From: a bacterium
GTDB lineage: Bacteria; JAHJDO01
Assembly (NCBI GenBank): GCA_030611945.1
Contig: JAUWOV010000002.1
Location: forward strand, 1-47,018
DNA: 47,018 nt
Reading direction: 5' to 3'
Part shown: in pieces, positions 10,595 to 19,331 of the stretch
How the letters are laid out: every line of letters starts with the position of its first letter
Numbering within the stretch: the stretch's first letter is position 1
Program-made: the position numbers and the translations under genes
The notes under the pieces: model-generated
What the model was told of the DNA's origin: nothing
Database searches by the model: none
The model's input: only the letters and a program-made list of their open reading frames with translations

Positions 10595-11626
10595 TTATCT
10601 CACATATATTGGATTAGAGAATATCCATGGCTTGTTTTTAAGATAAACTTCCACTCTATAACTGCCGGGACTTTTAACATCATAATTAAGAAACCTATCG
10701 TTTACACACTTCACCACAACTCCATTATGCAACAAACTAATCTTTGCAATTTGCGGACATTTAATCTGTATTAGTAAATTATTGGCAAGCTTTATTTCTT
10801 CTCCCATAATGGCTCTATGATTTGCTCCTGTAACTATAAACGAAAATCCACTAGCCTCAGCTAAAAAGTCATATGCAATATATGATCTCCCTTTCTTTAA
10901 TGCAGAATATACCTTTTGTATGTCTTCGCAGGAATTCCCTGAAAAAGGCATACTCAATATATGTGTTCTTATTGTACTAAACAGCTTTTTATATGGAAAT
11001 ATACTAATAAATGGCAGTATGTATCTGGCATGAGCATCTAGCCCTCCTATTGCTATAGTAGGTCGTACAGCATTCAATCTATCCCACAGTTTGAGAACTT
11101 GTTTTGATGGACCAGTTATTGTTATTTCAGGATGTAAAAGATAATAAAGCAGGTTAAATGGATGGATGTCTTCTATCCAATCATGCATATATGACCAAAT
11201 TTCGATTCCACAAAAATTTCCACCATCCTCCACTATCCAGGACATGTCTCTTATACCTAAAGAACGCTTTCTTTTTCTTATTGGATGTGCTATAAAGCCG
11301 AAGCCGTTCTGTTCTTCTACCTTTTTAATATAAGTTCCGGGGTCTTTTTCTCTTAGTTTAGGAACAATAGCCTCCTTTATATCAAGGGCAATAAAGTGAT
11401 TAATTTTAGGTGTTATCTCCTCCCCGACTAAGAAAAGGACATTCTTACGCCATCCCTCACCATGTTTTTCTTTCCATTTCATAGTGTTATGGTCCGTTAT
11501 AATCACAAAGTCCAAATTATTTGATTGGGCAGCTTGCAGTATTTTCCTAAACCCTCCACTGCCATCAGAACATTTTGAATGAATGTGTATTACACCTTTG
11601 TAATCAGTGAGCTCAGGTTTGTTCAT
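10595..11626 (-). CDS. PHP-domain (CehA/McbA-like) metallohydrolase
   Basis: 343 aa. Motifs GVIHIHSKCSDGSG and VIITDHN are PHP motifs I/II. Confidence 0.6.
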   Translation of the reverse strand: MNKPELTDYKGVIHIHSKCSDGSGGFRKILQAAQSNNLDFVIITDHNTMKWKEKHGEGWRKNVLFLVGEEITPKINHFIALDIKEAIVPKLREKDPGTYIKKVEEQNGFGFIAHPIRKRKRSLGIRDMSWIVEDGGNFCGIEIWSYMHDWIEDIHPFNLLYYLLHPEITITGPSKQVLKLWDRLNAVRPTIAIGGLDAHARYILPFISIFPYKKLFSTIRTHILSMPFSGNSCEDIQKVYSALKKGRSYIAYDFLAEASGFSFIVTGANHRAIMGEEIKLANNLLIQIKCPQIAKISLLHNGVVVKCVNDRFLNYDVKSPGSYRVEVYLKNKPWIFSNPIYVR

Positions 11627-12582
11627 CTTGAGAAAGTTTTTGGAGGCTTATGGAATATATAGAATATGCCGCCGAAAAGATTTAAAATAAGTGCGCTAAG
11701 TCTTACAATTATTGACATGGTTACAGCTAAACCGCAAGCTGAAGTAACAAGTCCAAAGAAATACTTATACATACTCTCTCCAAGTCCCCATCCTGCAAAT
11801 GTAATAGGAATTATACTTATAACTGTAATAATTGGAATAAACAAAAAGAAATATTTCATTGAAACATTCAAGCCCAGACCTAATGCTATCTGGTAATTTA
11901 TCAATATAGACATAATCTGTATAACGATAGACATTAGAAAAACCTCAGTAAGCAAGGCTTTTTTGGACCTGTAAATATAGAATGCTGAGTACACACGCTT
12001 TAAAGAAACAATAATCTTTTGCCATCTTTCCATTTTTATATCAAAAGAAAATTTTTTCATAATGCGCTTGTTAAGAAAAATAATGCCCGAAATAGTTATT
12101 ATCAAAAATAATACCATGATACTTATTGCAGGTTTTCTGATCTGGGGATCTGATATAGCATAGAGACTTGCAACTGCGCCTATTGTAAGAAGAGCCAGCA
12201 TTCCAATAATTCTGTCAATAAGCACTGTTGTGGCTGCTTCAAGTCTTTGATCAGTGTGCTTTGATACATAATACGCCTTTACAACGTCTCCTCCTGTCAT
12301 ACTTGGCATAAAAGTATTAAAAAATAATCCAATAAAATGCAGTTCTAATGTCTTGAGAAATGATAAGTATATTCTCTGTCCCTGAAGAAGTTTTTGCCAT
12401 CTTAGGCACGCTATGATGATGATAATGATATACAATCCAATTGCTATAAGAAGACGTGATAACTCTATGCTTTTGATATGTTCTACTATTTTGTGAAGGC
12501 TAATATCCGGTCTTGAAAAAACATACCAGAGAATTCCTATACTAATACATAATTTTAGAATCCAAAACAGGGTCTTTTTCAT
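11623..12582 (-). CDS. LPG-synthase-TM / flippase-like (UPF0104) membrane protein
   Basis: 319 aa, about 8 TM helices. Motif CLRWQKLL...FIGLFFNTFMPSMTGGDVVKAYY matches the family. Confidence 0.6.
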   Translation of the reverse strand: MKKTLFWILKLCISIGILWYVFSRPDISLHKIVEHIKSIELSRLLIAIGLYIIIIIIACLRWQKLLQGQRIYLSFLKTLELHFIGLFFNTFMPSMTGGDVVKAYYVSKHTDQRLEAATTVLIDRIIGMLALLTIGAVASLYAISDPQIRKPAISIMVLFLIITISGIIFLNKRIMKKFSFDIKMERWQKIIVSLKRVYSAFYIYRSKKALLTEVFLMSIVIQIMSILINYQIALGLGLNVSMKYFFLFIPIITVISIIPITFAGWGLGESMYKYFFGLVTSACGLAVTMSIIVRLSALILNLFGGIFYIFHKPPKTFSR

Positions 12583-12594
12583 GGATATTGCCTA

Positions 12595-13569
12595 TTATTT
12601 ACTGCTTTTGTACCACCTGACAAATTCAGCGATTCCATCCTCTACGGAAATCTTGGGCTGGAAATTTAGCATCTCCTTAGATTTACTGATGTCAGCATAT
12701 GTAATACTCACATCGCCAGGCTGAGTAGGAAGTTTTGTTATGTTTGCTCTTTTGCCAAGTTCTTCTTCTATTACGCTGATGAAATAATTTAATTCTACTG
12801 GATGAGAATTGCCAAGGTTGAAAATTTCATATTTGAATTGTTTGTCCAGAGCAGACATTACTCCATCAATAATGTCATCAATATAGGTATAATCTCTTTT
12901 TGAATGCCCGTCTCCGAATCTCTGGACCTCTTTGCCCTCATCAATCCATTTTGTGAATTTATAGGTTGCCATGTCAGGTCTCCCTGATGGACCATATACA
13001 GTAAAAAATCTCAAGCAGGAGATTGGTATATTGTAAAGATGGTGATATACATGGCACATAACTTCTCCAGCCTTCTTAGTCGCTGCGTATGGAGAAATTG
13101 CTTTATCCACATTGTCATGTTCCGAAAAGGGTGTTTTTTTATTATTACCATATACAGAAGAAGAGGAAGCAAAAATAAAGTTCTTGACATTTTTGCTTAA
13201 TTCCAATAAATGCATTGTTCCTTTTAGATTGACCTCTTCGTAAAGCAGCGGGTTTTCAAGCGAAGGTCTAACTCCTGCCCTTGCAGCCAAATGAACAACT
13301 CCGCTTATTCTATTAGATGAGAAGATTCCCTTTAGAGAATTGAAATCGCGAATGTCAACTCTATATAGTTTGAAATTCTTCCGGCTAAGAAACGGTTTAA
13401 TATTATTTTCCTTTACCAAAGGAGAATAATAATCATTAAAATCATCCACACAGATGACAGACCTATTATCATCTAATAATCTTCTTACAAGATGAGACCC
13501 AATAAACCCTGCACCACCCGTTACAAGAATGTGTTCATCTTCCATATATTCGTCACTTTCCATAATCAT
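12595..13569 (-). CDS. NAD-dependent sugar-nucleotide epimerase/dehydratase (UDP-glucuronate 4-epimerase-like)
   Basis: Motifs VTGGAGFIGSHL, SSSSVYG and YAATKKAGE (the SDR Yxxx K catalytic motif). Confidence 0.85.
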   Translation of the reverse strand: MIMESDEYMEDEHILVTGGAGFIGSHLVRRLLDDNRSVICVDDFNDYYSPLVKENNIKPFLSRKNFKLYRVDIRDFNSLKGIFSSNRISGVVHLAARAGVRPSLENPLLYEEVNLKGTMHLLELSKNVKNFIFASSSSVYGNNKKTPFSEHDNVDKAISPYAATKKAGEVMCHVYHHLYNIPISCLRFFTVYGPSGRPDMATYKFTKWIDEGKEVQRFGDGHSKRDYTYIDDIIDGVMSALDKQFKYEIFNLGNSHPVELNYFISVIEEELGKRANITKLPTQPGDVSITYADISKSKEMLNFQPKISVEDGIAEFVRWYKSSK

Positions 13570-14153
13570 TTTCCATACTCATCAAAGAAACATACATCAT
13601 TAAGCTTTCTTTTTGGAACGTTTAATACTCCTTCCCCGTCCTTCCAATACTTAATGGAATCCTTCATCTCTACAGCTTTTGGGCTTTCATTGGAATATCC
13701 GAGAGCAACTACAGAGTCTATTATACATTTATCCGGTATATTTAATATTTTTCTTAAACTGGTTCTGTCAATTGACCCTATCCAACACGTCCCAATATTC
13801 TCTTCCATAGCAGCAAGAACAATATTCTCTATAGCCGCTGCTGCATCGTGTTCGCCGCCAGTTGTTCTCTTCTCCCTATTGAGAAGAACAACAATATAGG
13901 CTACAGGTTGTTCCCCCTTTTTTGGATCTCCCTCAGGCGCAATATATCCTGCCCATTTAAGAGTGCCAAAAACCTTATTAATTAGTTCTTCATTCTGAAT
14001 AATTATATACTCGCACGGTTGGAGATTGGCCCCGGATGGAGCAAGACGACCTGCATTAACAAGCTTTTTCAGTACATCAGGAGAAATAGGCTTTTGCTTA
14101 AATCGTCTGATAGAACGTCTTCTAATAATAGCGTCATATACATTCATAATCAT
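13566..14153 (-). CDS. nitroreductase family protein
   Basis: 195 aa. N-terminus IRRRRSIRRFKQKPIS...AGRLAPSGANLQP. Confidence 0.85.
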   Translation of the reverse strand: MIMNVYDAIIRRRSIRRFKQKPISPDVLKKLVNAGRLAPSGANLQPCEYIIIQNEELINKVFGTLKWAGYIAPEGDPKKGEQPVAYIVVLLNREKRTTGGEHDAAAAIENIVLAAMEENIGTCWIGSIDRTSLRKILNIPDKCIIDSVVALGYSNESPKAVEMKDSIKYWKDGEGVLNVPKRKLNDVCFFDEYGK

Positions 14154-14163
14154 TCTTCTTTCT

Positions 14164-15519
14164 TTACCAATTTTTGTCTATTGCCGGAAACTCGTCCAGC
14201 TTTTCATGTACTATTTTCTTTATTTCTTCAAGCCTTTCCTGAGTTTTGGCTTCAAACCTTAATACCAACAATGGCTGTGTATTTGATGCTCTTACCAGTC
14301 CCCAGCCATCTTTAAATAAAATCCTTACTCCATCAATATCAATTGTTTCGTATTTTGATTTGAAATATTTTTCAACACTGTCCATTACTTTAAATTTCTC
14401 TTCCTCAGATGCGCAATTTACTCTTATTTCAGGTGTGGAAAAATAATGCGGTATCTCTCTGACTATATCTGCCAATGATTTGTCCTGCGCAGATAGAAAC
14501 TGGAGCAGTCTTCCTGACGCATATATACCATCGTCATATCCAAAATAGTTATCCGCAAAAAACATGTGCCCGCTCATTTCGCCTGCCAGAAGAGCTTTTT
14601 CTTCTCTCATTTTTTTCTTGATAATAGAATGCCCTGTCTTCCACATTATTGGCTCTCCTCCATGTGCTTGAATATCTTCTATCAATGCCTGAGAGCATTT
14701 GACATCAAATATTATCTTTGCCTTTCCTTTTGAGAGTATATCCCTTGCGTAAAGAGCAAGTATCTTGTCTCCCCTGATTATATTCCCTTCATTGTCAATT
14801 GCGCCAACTCTGTCAGCATCGCCGTCATACGCAATTCCAACATCTGCTCCTGTCTCTTTTACTTTTGCTACTAAATCAGCTACATGCTTATCTACCGTAG
14901 GATCTGGAAGATGATTTGGAAAGCTTCCATCAGATTCACAATAAAGAGGAATAACTTCACATCCCAGATCTCTAAACAATCTTGGCGCAATGTTACTGGC
15001 TGTTCCGTTTCCTGCATCAATAACAACCTTAAGTTTCTTCTTTATCTCTATCTTTGCCCTAAGCGTTTGGAAATATGTCTCTTTAGGACATTCTTCTTTG
15101 ACAGTCCCCTCTCCGGTTAAAAAATCACCTGATTCTATAATTTGCCTTAATTTTTGAATTTCCTCGCCATATATTGAAGCAATGCCTTTAGATATTTTAA
15201 ATCCATTGTATTCAATCGGGTTATGACTCCCTGTTATCATTATTCCTGCGTCTGCGTTATAATGCAGAATTGAGAAGTAAAGCATAGGAGTTGGTCCTTC
15301 TCCAACATCAATCACATCACAGCCTGTTGATATAAGTCCCTTTATCAGCCAATCATTCAAACTGTTGGAACTTAATCTGTTATCATGTCCTACTGCAATC
15401 TTCTTTCCTCCTGACATATATGTGCCAACCGCCCGACCAATATTTGTAACAACATCCTGCGTTAAGTCATCCTTTACTAACCCCCGAATATCGTACTCCC
15501 TAAAAATTTGTTTATTCAT
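14164..15519 (-). CDS. phosphomannomutase/phosphoglucomutase
   Basis: 451 aa. Active-site loop GIMITGSHNP..YNGFK, metal loop AYDGDADR and sugar loop GEMSGH. Confidence 0.88.
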   Translation of the reverse strand: MNKQIFREYDIRGLVKDDLTQDVVTNIGRAVGTYMSGGKKIAVGHDNRLSSNSLNDWLIKGLISTGCDVIDVGEGPTPMLYFSILHYNADAGIMITGSHNPIEYNGFKISKGIASIYGEEIQKLRQIIESGDFLTGEGTVKEECPKETYFQTLRAKIEIKKKLKVVIDAGNGTASNIAPRLFRDLGCEVIPLYCESDGSFPNHLPDPTVDKHVADLVAKVKETGADVGIAYDGDADRVGAIDNEGNIIRGDKILALYARDILSKGKAKIIFDVKCSQALIEDIQAHGGEPIMWKTGHSIIKKKMREEKALLAGEMSGHMFFADNYFGYDDGIYASGRLLQFLSAQDKSLADIVREIPHYFSTPEIRVNCASEEEKFKVMDSVEKYFKSKYETIDIDGVRILFKDGWGLVRASNTQPLLVLRFEAKTQERLEEIKKIVHEKLDEFPAIDKNW

Positions 15520-16073
15520 AGTTTTGCTCCTAGCATAAAGGCTTTTTTTAATAATTCTGGATGCTTTAATATAGCACCCTTTTGATCAATTCCGAAACAG
15601 AAAAGTTCTTCTTTGTAATCTGCGTTAATGGTAACAAAGAAATTCTTTACAATTGATATTGCATTATCAAAGAAATCTTTTCTCTTTGATCCCTCTACAG
15701 AAATGAAAGCCCCTATCTTCCTTTTTCCAAGAACTTGTTTTCTTAATATATACTTAGCTCTCCAGACACATTGAAACCTGTCTATCATCATTTTGGTCTG
15801 CGCGCTAAGACTTCCGAAGAATATTGGAGAAGCCAAAATTATAGCATCTGCTTCTTCCACCTTTCTGTAAATAGTTTGCATATCGTCTTCAATTATACAG
15901 AATCCGTCGTCAGGCATATTTTCACACTCCTGACATGGAGAAAATTCAAGATCATTTAAGATGATCTTCTCTACCCGAGCACCATTATTCTGAGCACCTT
16001 TCAATGCATTATCAAGGAGAATATCCGTATTTCCACCCTTCCTTGGACTCCCATTTATTCCTAATACTTTCAT
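15516..16073 (-). CDS. flavodoxin-like NAD(P)H-dependent FMN reductase / iron-sulfur flavoprotein family
   Basis: 185 aa. Motifs MKVLGINGSPRKGGNT...SPIFFGS. SD GGGGGA lies 7-8 nt upstream of the ATG. Confidence 0.75.
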   Translation of the reverse strand: MKVLGINGSPRKGGNTDILLDNALKGAQNNGARVEKIILNDLEFSPCQECENMPDDGFCIIEDDMQTIYRKVEEADAIILASPIFFGSLSAQTKMMIDRFQCVWRAKYILRKQVLGKRKIGAFISVEGSKRKDFFDNAISIVKNFFVTINADYKEELFCFGIDQKGAILKHPELLKKAFMLGAKL

Positions 16074-16089
16074 CTAAGGTTCCCCCTAT

Positions 16090-16204
16090 GACTTAGATGC
16101 GGAATGTATGTTGAGCTCGCCAGCTCCAGTACGTCGTAGGAGAGACTGGAGAGTGTTTGTCCCGAAGGCGTTCGGGAGCGAGACATGCATTTTGCATCTA
16201 AGTC
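16090..16204. ncRNA. unassigned 115-nt multi-helix element (candidate structured RNA or 5' leader); strand undetermined
   Basis: Nested complementarity: 16090-16100/16194-16204 (11 bp), 16103-16111/16183-16191 (9 bp), 16116-16120/16178-16182 (5 bp). These enclose two hairpins, 16124-16130/16145-16151 and 16160-16166/16171-16177 (7 bp each). No coding potential and no match to any riboswitch consensus I can recall. Confidence 0.35.
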
Positions 16205-16216
16205 TAAGCACTGCAT

Positions 16217-16290
16217 TGGAGCGGGTGAAGGGAATCGAACCCTCGTATCAAGCTTGGGAAGCTTGTGTTCTACCACTGAACTACACCCGC
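16217..16290 (-). tRNA. tRNA-Gly (anticodon CCC), CCA encoded
   Basis: Reverse complement GCGGGTGTAGTTCAGTGGTAGAACACAAGCTTCCCAAGCTTGATACGAGGGTTCGATTCCCTTCACCCGCTCCA folds as a 74-nt cloverleaf with anticodon loop TTCCCAA. Confidence 0.9.
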
Positions 16291-16291
16291 A

Positions 16292-16376
16292 TGGTGGGGA
16301 GAGGAGGATTCGAACCTCCGAAGGCATCGCCGTCAGATTTACAGTCTGATCCCTTTGGCCGCTTGGGAATCTCCCC
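16292..16376 (-). tRNA. tRNA-Tyr (anticodon GTA), long variable arm, CCA encoded
   Basis: Reverse complement GGGGAGATTCCCAAGCGGCCAAAGGGATCAGACTGTAAATCTGACGGCGATGCCTTCGGAGGTTCGAATCCTCCTCTCCCCACCA. It is an 85-nt type II tRNA with anticodon loop CTGTAAA. Confidence 0.9.
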
Positions 16377-16384
16377 ATTTTTAG

Positions 16385-16457
16385 AGCCGGCGAAGGGACT
16401 TGAACCCCCGACCCGCTGATTACAAATCAGCTGCTCTACCAACTGAGCTACACCGGC
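16385..16457 (-). tRNA. tRNA-Thr (anticodon TGT), no encoded CCA
   Basis: Reverse complement GCCGGTGTAGCTCAGTTGGTAGAGCAGCTGATTTGTAATCAGCGGGTCGGGGGTTCAAGTCCCTTCGCCGGCT gives a 73-nt cloverleaf with anticodon loop TTTGTAA. The T-stem has two G-U pairs. Confidence 0.85.
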
Positions 16458-16465
16458 GTTACAAT

Positions 16466-17494
16466 TTACCTGCTTGCTGTTTTTGGCAATTTTAAGTTCA
16501 ATTTGCTTTTGTCATTTTGTCCACTTTTGTGACCATATTGTTTAGAAAGTATCTCAACAGCCTTAACTTTATGCTCTGGTAATGTATGAGTATATCGCAT
16601 GGTCATTTCTATCGTCTTGTGTCTCATAAGTTCTTTTACAGTCACAATGTCAACTCCGTTCTGGACTAATCTCGAACCAAATGTATGTCTTAGATCGTGG
16701 AATCTTATTTTAGGGATTCCCGATTTTTTCACGGCATTATACCAGCCCTTTTTTATATCTGCAATTTTATTATTTTTAAAAGTAAAAATATATTCACTAG
16801 CCTTTTTTAGAGACTTTAGGGCATTGTAAACATCTATGTTCATTGGTATTTTTGCTGATTCTCCAGATTTAGAATCTTGAAGATAGATTGTTTTATCTTT
16901 AAAATCTATATTATTCCATTTTAGATTAAGTAATTCTGACTTTCTCATGCCTGTATTAAGTGCAGTTATTATAATTGGCTCAAGATGTTCAGAAGTATTA
17001 TTAAGCAGCTTTATTTCTTCTTCAGGAGATAGAACCCTTACCTGATTAGCAATCTCTCTATATTGTTTAATTGATTTAGCTGGATTTGAATTGATATATC
17101 CCCATTGGATAGCAATTTGATACATGTGTTTAAGACAAGACATGTTTCTATTTACCGTTGATTTACTTACCCTTTCTAGTCTCTTCAATTTATATTGTTC
17201 AATTTCTCTTGTTGTGACCTGTGATAATTTATTGTGACCAAAAGCAGATAGAAGCCCATTAATACTGTATAATTCCTTTTCCCATGATTTTTTGTTAGCT
17301 TTTGAGTGTTCTGCATACTCTTTGGCAAAATCAGAGAACAGAATATCTTTGATAGGTTTTTTGTATCTGCTTACTTTGCGCTCAGCGAGAAGATCTACGG
17401 CCATGTATTTTTTGGGACCAGCAGGATCACGAATACGTCTACCATTCTGGTAATAATCTATATACCAGATTTGTCCTCTTTTGTAGATTGCCAT
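16466..17494 (-). CDS. int: tyrosine site-specific integrase
   Basis: 342 aa. N-terminal SAM-like arm MAIYKRGQIWYIDYY.NGRRIR. Catalytic residues: R in TGMRKSELLNL, HDLRHTF, and MRHKTIEMTMRYTH. Confidence 0.93.
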   Translation of the reverse strand: MAIYKRGQIWYIDYYQNGRRIRDPAGPKKYMAVDLLAERKVSRYKKPIKDILFSDFAKEYAEHSKANKKSWEKELYSINGLLSAFGHNKLSQVTTREIEQYKLKRLERVSKSTVNRNMSCLKHMYQIAIQWGYINSNPAKSIKQYREIANQVRVLSPEEEIKLLNNTSEHLEPIIITALNTGMRKSELLNLKWNNIDFKDKTIYLQDSKSGESAKIPMNIDVYNALKSLKKASEYIFTFKNNKIADIKKGWYNAVKKSGIPKIRFHDLRHTFGSRLVQNGVDIVTVKELMRHKTIEMTMRYTHTLPEHKVKAVEILSKQYGHKSGQNDKSKLNLKLPKTASR

Positions 17495-17522
17495 TAATTA
17501 TGTGAAATATAATTGGAAAATT

Positions 17523-17825
17523 TTAGGCACTTAAAGGCTGAAGATAACTGTCTATTGTTTTTCTTAGTGGAGCAGATAAGCTGTCTTCTGTATCTTGCAA
17601 TATTTTTTTAATAGTTGTGTTAACTTTTTGTATTCTAATTATTTCAATACCAACAAGCTGCCCACTTTTATCATAATCATAAGACAGAGAACTACCTTTA
17701 CGCAAGGTTTTTACGACTGGATCATTAGAAAACCCAATATATACAGCCTTTGCCAATGTATCCAAAGAGAATGAAACCGGCTTTCTTGTTTTAATGTGTA
17801 ATACCTCTTTTTTTATGCTATTCAT
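17523..17825 (-). CDS. DUF2283-like small protein (putative antitoxin partner)
   Basis: 100 aa. The core AVYIGFSNDP...SYDYDKSGQLVGIEII resembles DUF2283. Overlaps the upstream gene by 8 nt. Confidence 0.55.
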   Translation of the reverse strand: MNSIKKEVLHIKTRKPVSFSLDTLAKAVYIGFSNDPVVKTLRKGSSLSYDYDKSGQLVGIEIIRIQKVNTTIKKILQDTEDSLSAPLRKTIDSYLQPLSA

Positions 17826-18054
17826 CTGACCACCCCACTGTTATTATTATTATAAGATTATTTTTCTTACGTTCAACTACTATATAATTTTCTCTATTGT
17901 CAACTCTTCTTCTAAGTTCCTGAGTATTATCTTTTTTTATGGATGATGTATATGTCGGATGGTCAACGGTTTTTCTTATATCTTCCCGGCTCACATTTCT
18001 TTTAACCATCCTTTCTTGAGCGTGTCTAGTTAAAATTATTTTTTTCTTTGCCAC
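17818..18054 (-). CDS. DUF4258-like small protein (putative toxin partner)
   Basis: 78 aa with a GTG start after GAGGGG. The pattern ILTRHAQERMVKRNVSREDI...LIIIITV matches my recollection of DUF4258. Confidence 0.55.
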   Translation of the reverse strand: MAKKKIILTRHAQERMVKRNVSREDIRKTVDHPTYTSSIKKDNTQELRRRVDNRENYIVVERKKNNLIIIITVGWSDE

Positions 18055-18104
18055 AGTCCCCTCTTATTCTCTCTCGCTTCTTTTTCGTATTTCCCGAACT
18101 GTTT

Positions 18105-18527
18105 TTACCATCTGTATGTAGGTTTAAAACCCATTGATTGGTGTCTACGCCCGATCAATTTTAACATTGGTCCAACTTTAGTCGCTCCGTATTCATTTTG
18201 AAGCGTAGCTCTAACTACAATAGCAGATATGTACCATCTTCGTTTACGTGTAGTCCGTTGCATATAATTAAATCCCGTTGTTTTAAATTCAGCATAAATG
18301 TTATTCCCGTGCTCATCCCATAAAGTTGCACAATAAATTCCCTTATCTACCTGAGATATATCTGTTGCATAATTGAATTCAATTCTTATTATTTCGTTTT
18401 CATAATCTGCCCAACTTAAATTAAGTTCTGAGATAGTCATTCTTATTTCTCTACTTCCCGCAGAGACATTTACTCCACAAAATAAAATTAAGAAGCATAT
18501 GAGTAATAATGTTTTAATTTTTACCAC
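18105..18527 (-). CDS. secreted 140-aa protein of unknown function, co-transcribed with the repressor
   Basis: Sec-type signal peptide MVKIKTLLLICFLILFCGVNVSA|GS. The start overlaps the repressor stop by 7 nt. No recognisable domain. Confidence 0.5.
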   Translation of the reverse strand: MVKIKTLLLICFLILFCGVNVSAGSREIRMTISELNLSWADYENEIIRIEFNYATDISQVDKGIYCATLWDEHGNNIYAEFKTTGFNYMQRTTRKRRWYISAIVVRATLQNEYGATKVGPMLKLIGRRHQSMGFKPTYRW

Positions 18528-19228
18528 TTTGTCCTTTTCCCACTAATTCTGTAAACAGTGATATTATTTTTAACTATAATAGGCTCATATTTAGGATTTA
18601 GGGGATGTAAGATAATCTGACTATCGCTCTTGTAAAATTTTTTAACTGTAACTCCTTTGCTGTCATCTCTAGCAAGAACTATATCTCCGCTCTCAACATC
18701 CATAGAGGGTTCTACGAGTAGCAAATCTCCCGAATTTATACTCCTTTTGTCATCTATGCTTCCTGTCATGCTATCTCCATTTGCTTTAACAAAGAAGGCA
18801 TGAGGGTCTTTTGTGTCTGAATACTCATAAGAATCGGCATTACCAACAGGATAGTCCAAATCAGTAAGATCTTCCCATTTACCACAACTAGCATAATTTA
18901 TTACGGGGATTGCATGTTCTTTAAGATATATTTTATCTTTTTCGGGAACGATGTTCTCATTTAATTCAGAGGGAAGTTTATATAGATGTTTATCTTCCTC
19001 TGGAGCCCTGGCTCTATGTGCAAGAATTATTAACCTGCTTCTATCAATTCCTAATGTCTTAGATAATTTAGAAAGTGTATCTAACGACTTATTAGGGTCA
19101 GGAATAAAATCTGTAGACAATTGTCGCAAATATTCTGCCGAAATTCCAATTTTCTTAGAGGCAGCTTTTCTAGAAGGAAAAATTTCTATGGCTTGCTTAA
19201 TTTCATCGCCAAATTGGGACATATTCAC
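18521..19228 (-). CDS. CI/LexA-like phage repressor (HTH plus S24 autopeptidase domain)
   Basis: C-terminal S24 motifs VKANGDSMTG (Ser) and VTVKKFY (Lys), with an N-terminal HTH-like region. The track start is a GTG; an ATG at 19222, 7 nt after AAGGAG, is the more likely start. Confidence 0.88.
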   Translation of the reverse strand: MNMSQFGDEIKQAIEIFPSRKAASKKIGISAEYLRQLSTDFIPDPNKSLDTLSKLSKTLGIDRSRLIILAHRARAPEEDKHLYKLPSELNENIVPEKDKIYLKEHAIPVINYASCGKWEDLTDLDYPVGNADSYEYSDTKDPHAFFVKANGDSMTGSIDDKRSINSGDLLLVEPSMDVESGDIVLARDDSKGVTVKKFYKSDSQIILHPLNPKYEPIIVKNNITVYRISGKRTKW

Positions 19229-19302
19229 ACTCCTTTATGTTTTATTATATGCGTGTTTTATGTGAAATAAAAGGGAAAAATTAAAAAAAATTAAATATTT
19301 AC

Positions 19303-19331
19303 TTGACAAACAAATATCCTTTTGTCATAAT
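19303..19331 (+). promoter_or_regulatory. candidate early rightward promoter with overlapping operator palindrome
   Basis: TTGACA (19303-19308), a 17-nt spacer, CATAAT (19326-19331). The inverted repeat TGACAAA-N9-TTTGTCA (19304-19326) spans the spacer. Confidence 0.5.

Noticed and set aside
1-16073. Novel system in the housekeeping block
   Set aside because: Every ORF has a confident or plausible conventional assignment and the genes are tightly packed. There are no unexplained gaps or repeats apart from the element at 16090-16204.
16070-16419. Track ORFs 16070..16378 (-) and 16108..16419 (+), 102-103 aa
   Set aside because: Both run straight through three tRNA genes and the structured element. 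They have no SD and an implausible composition, so they are spurious.
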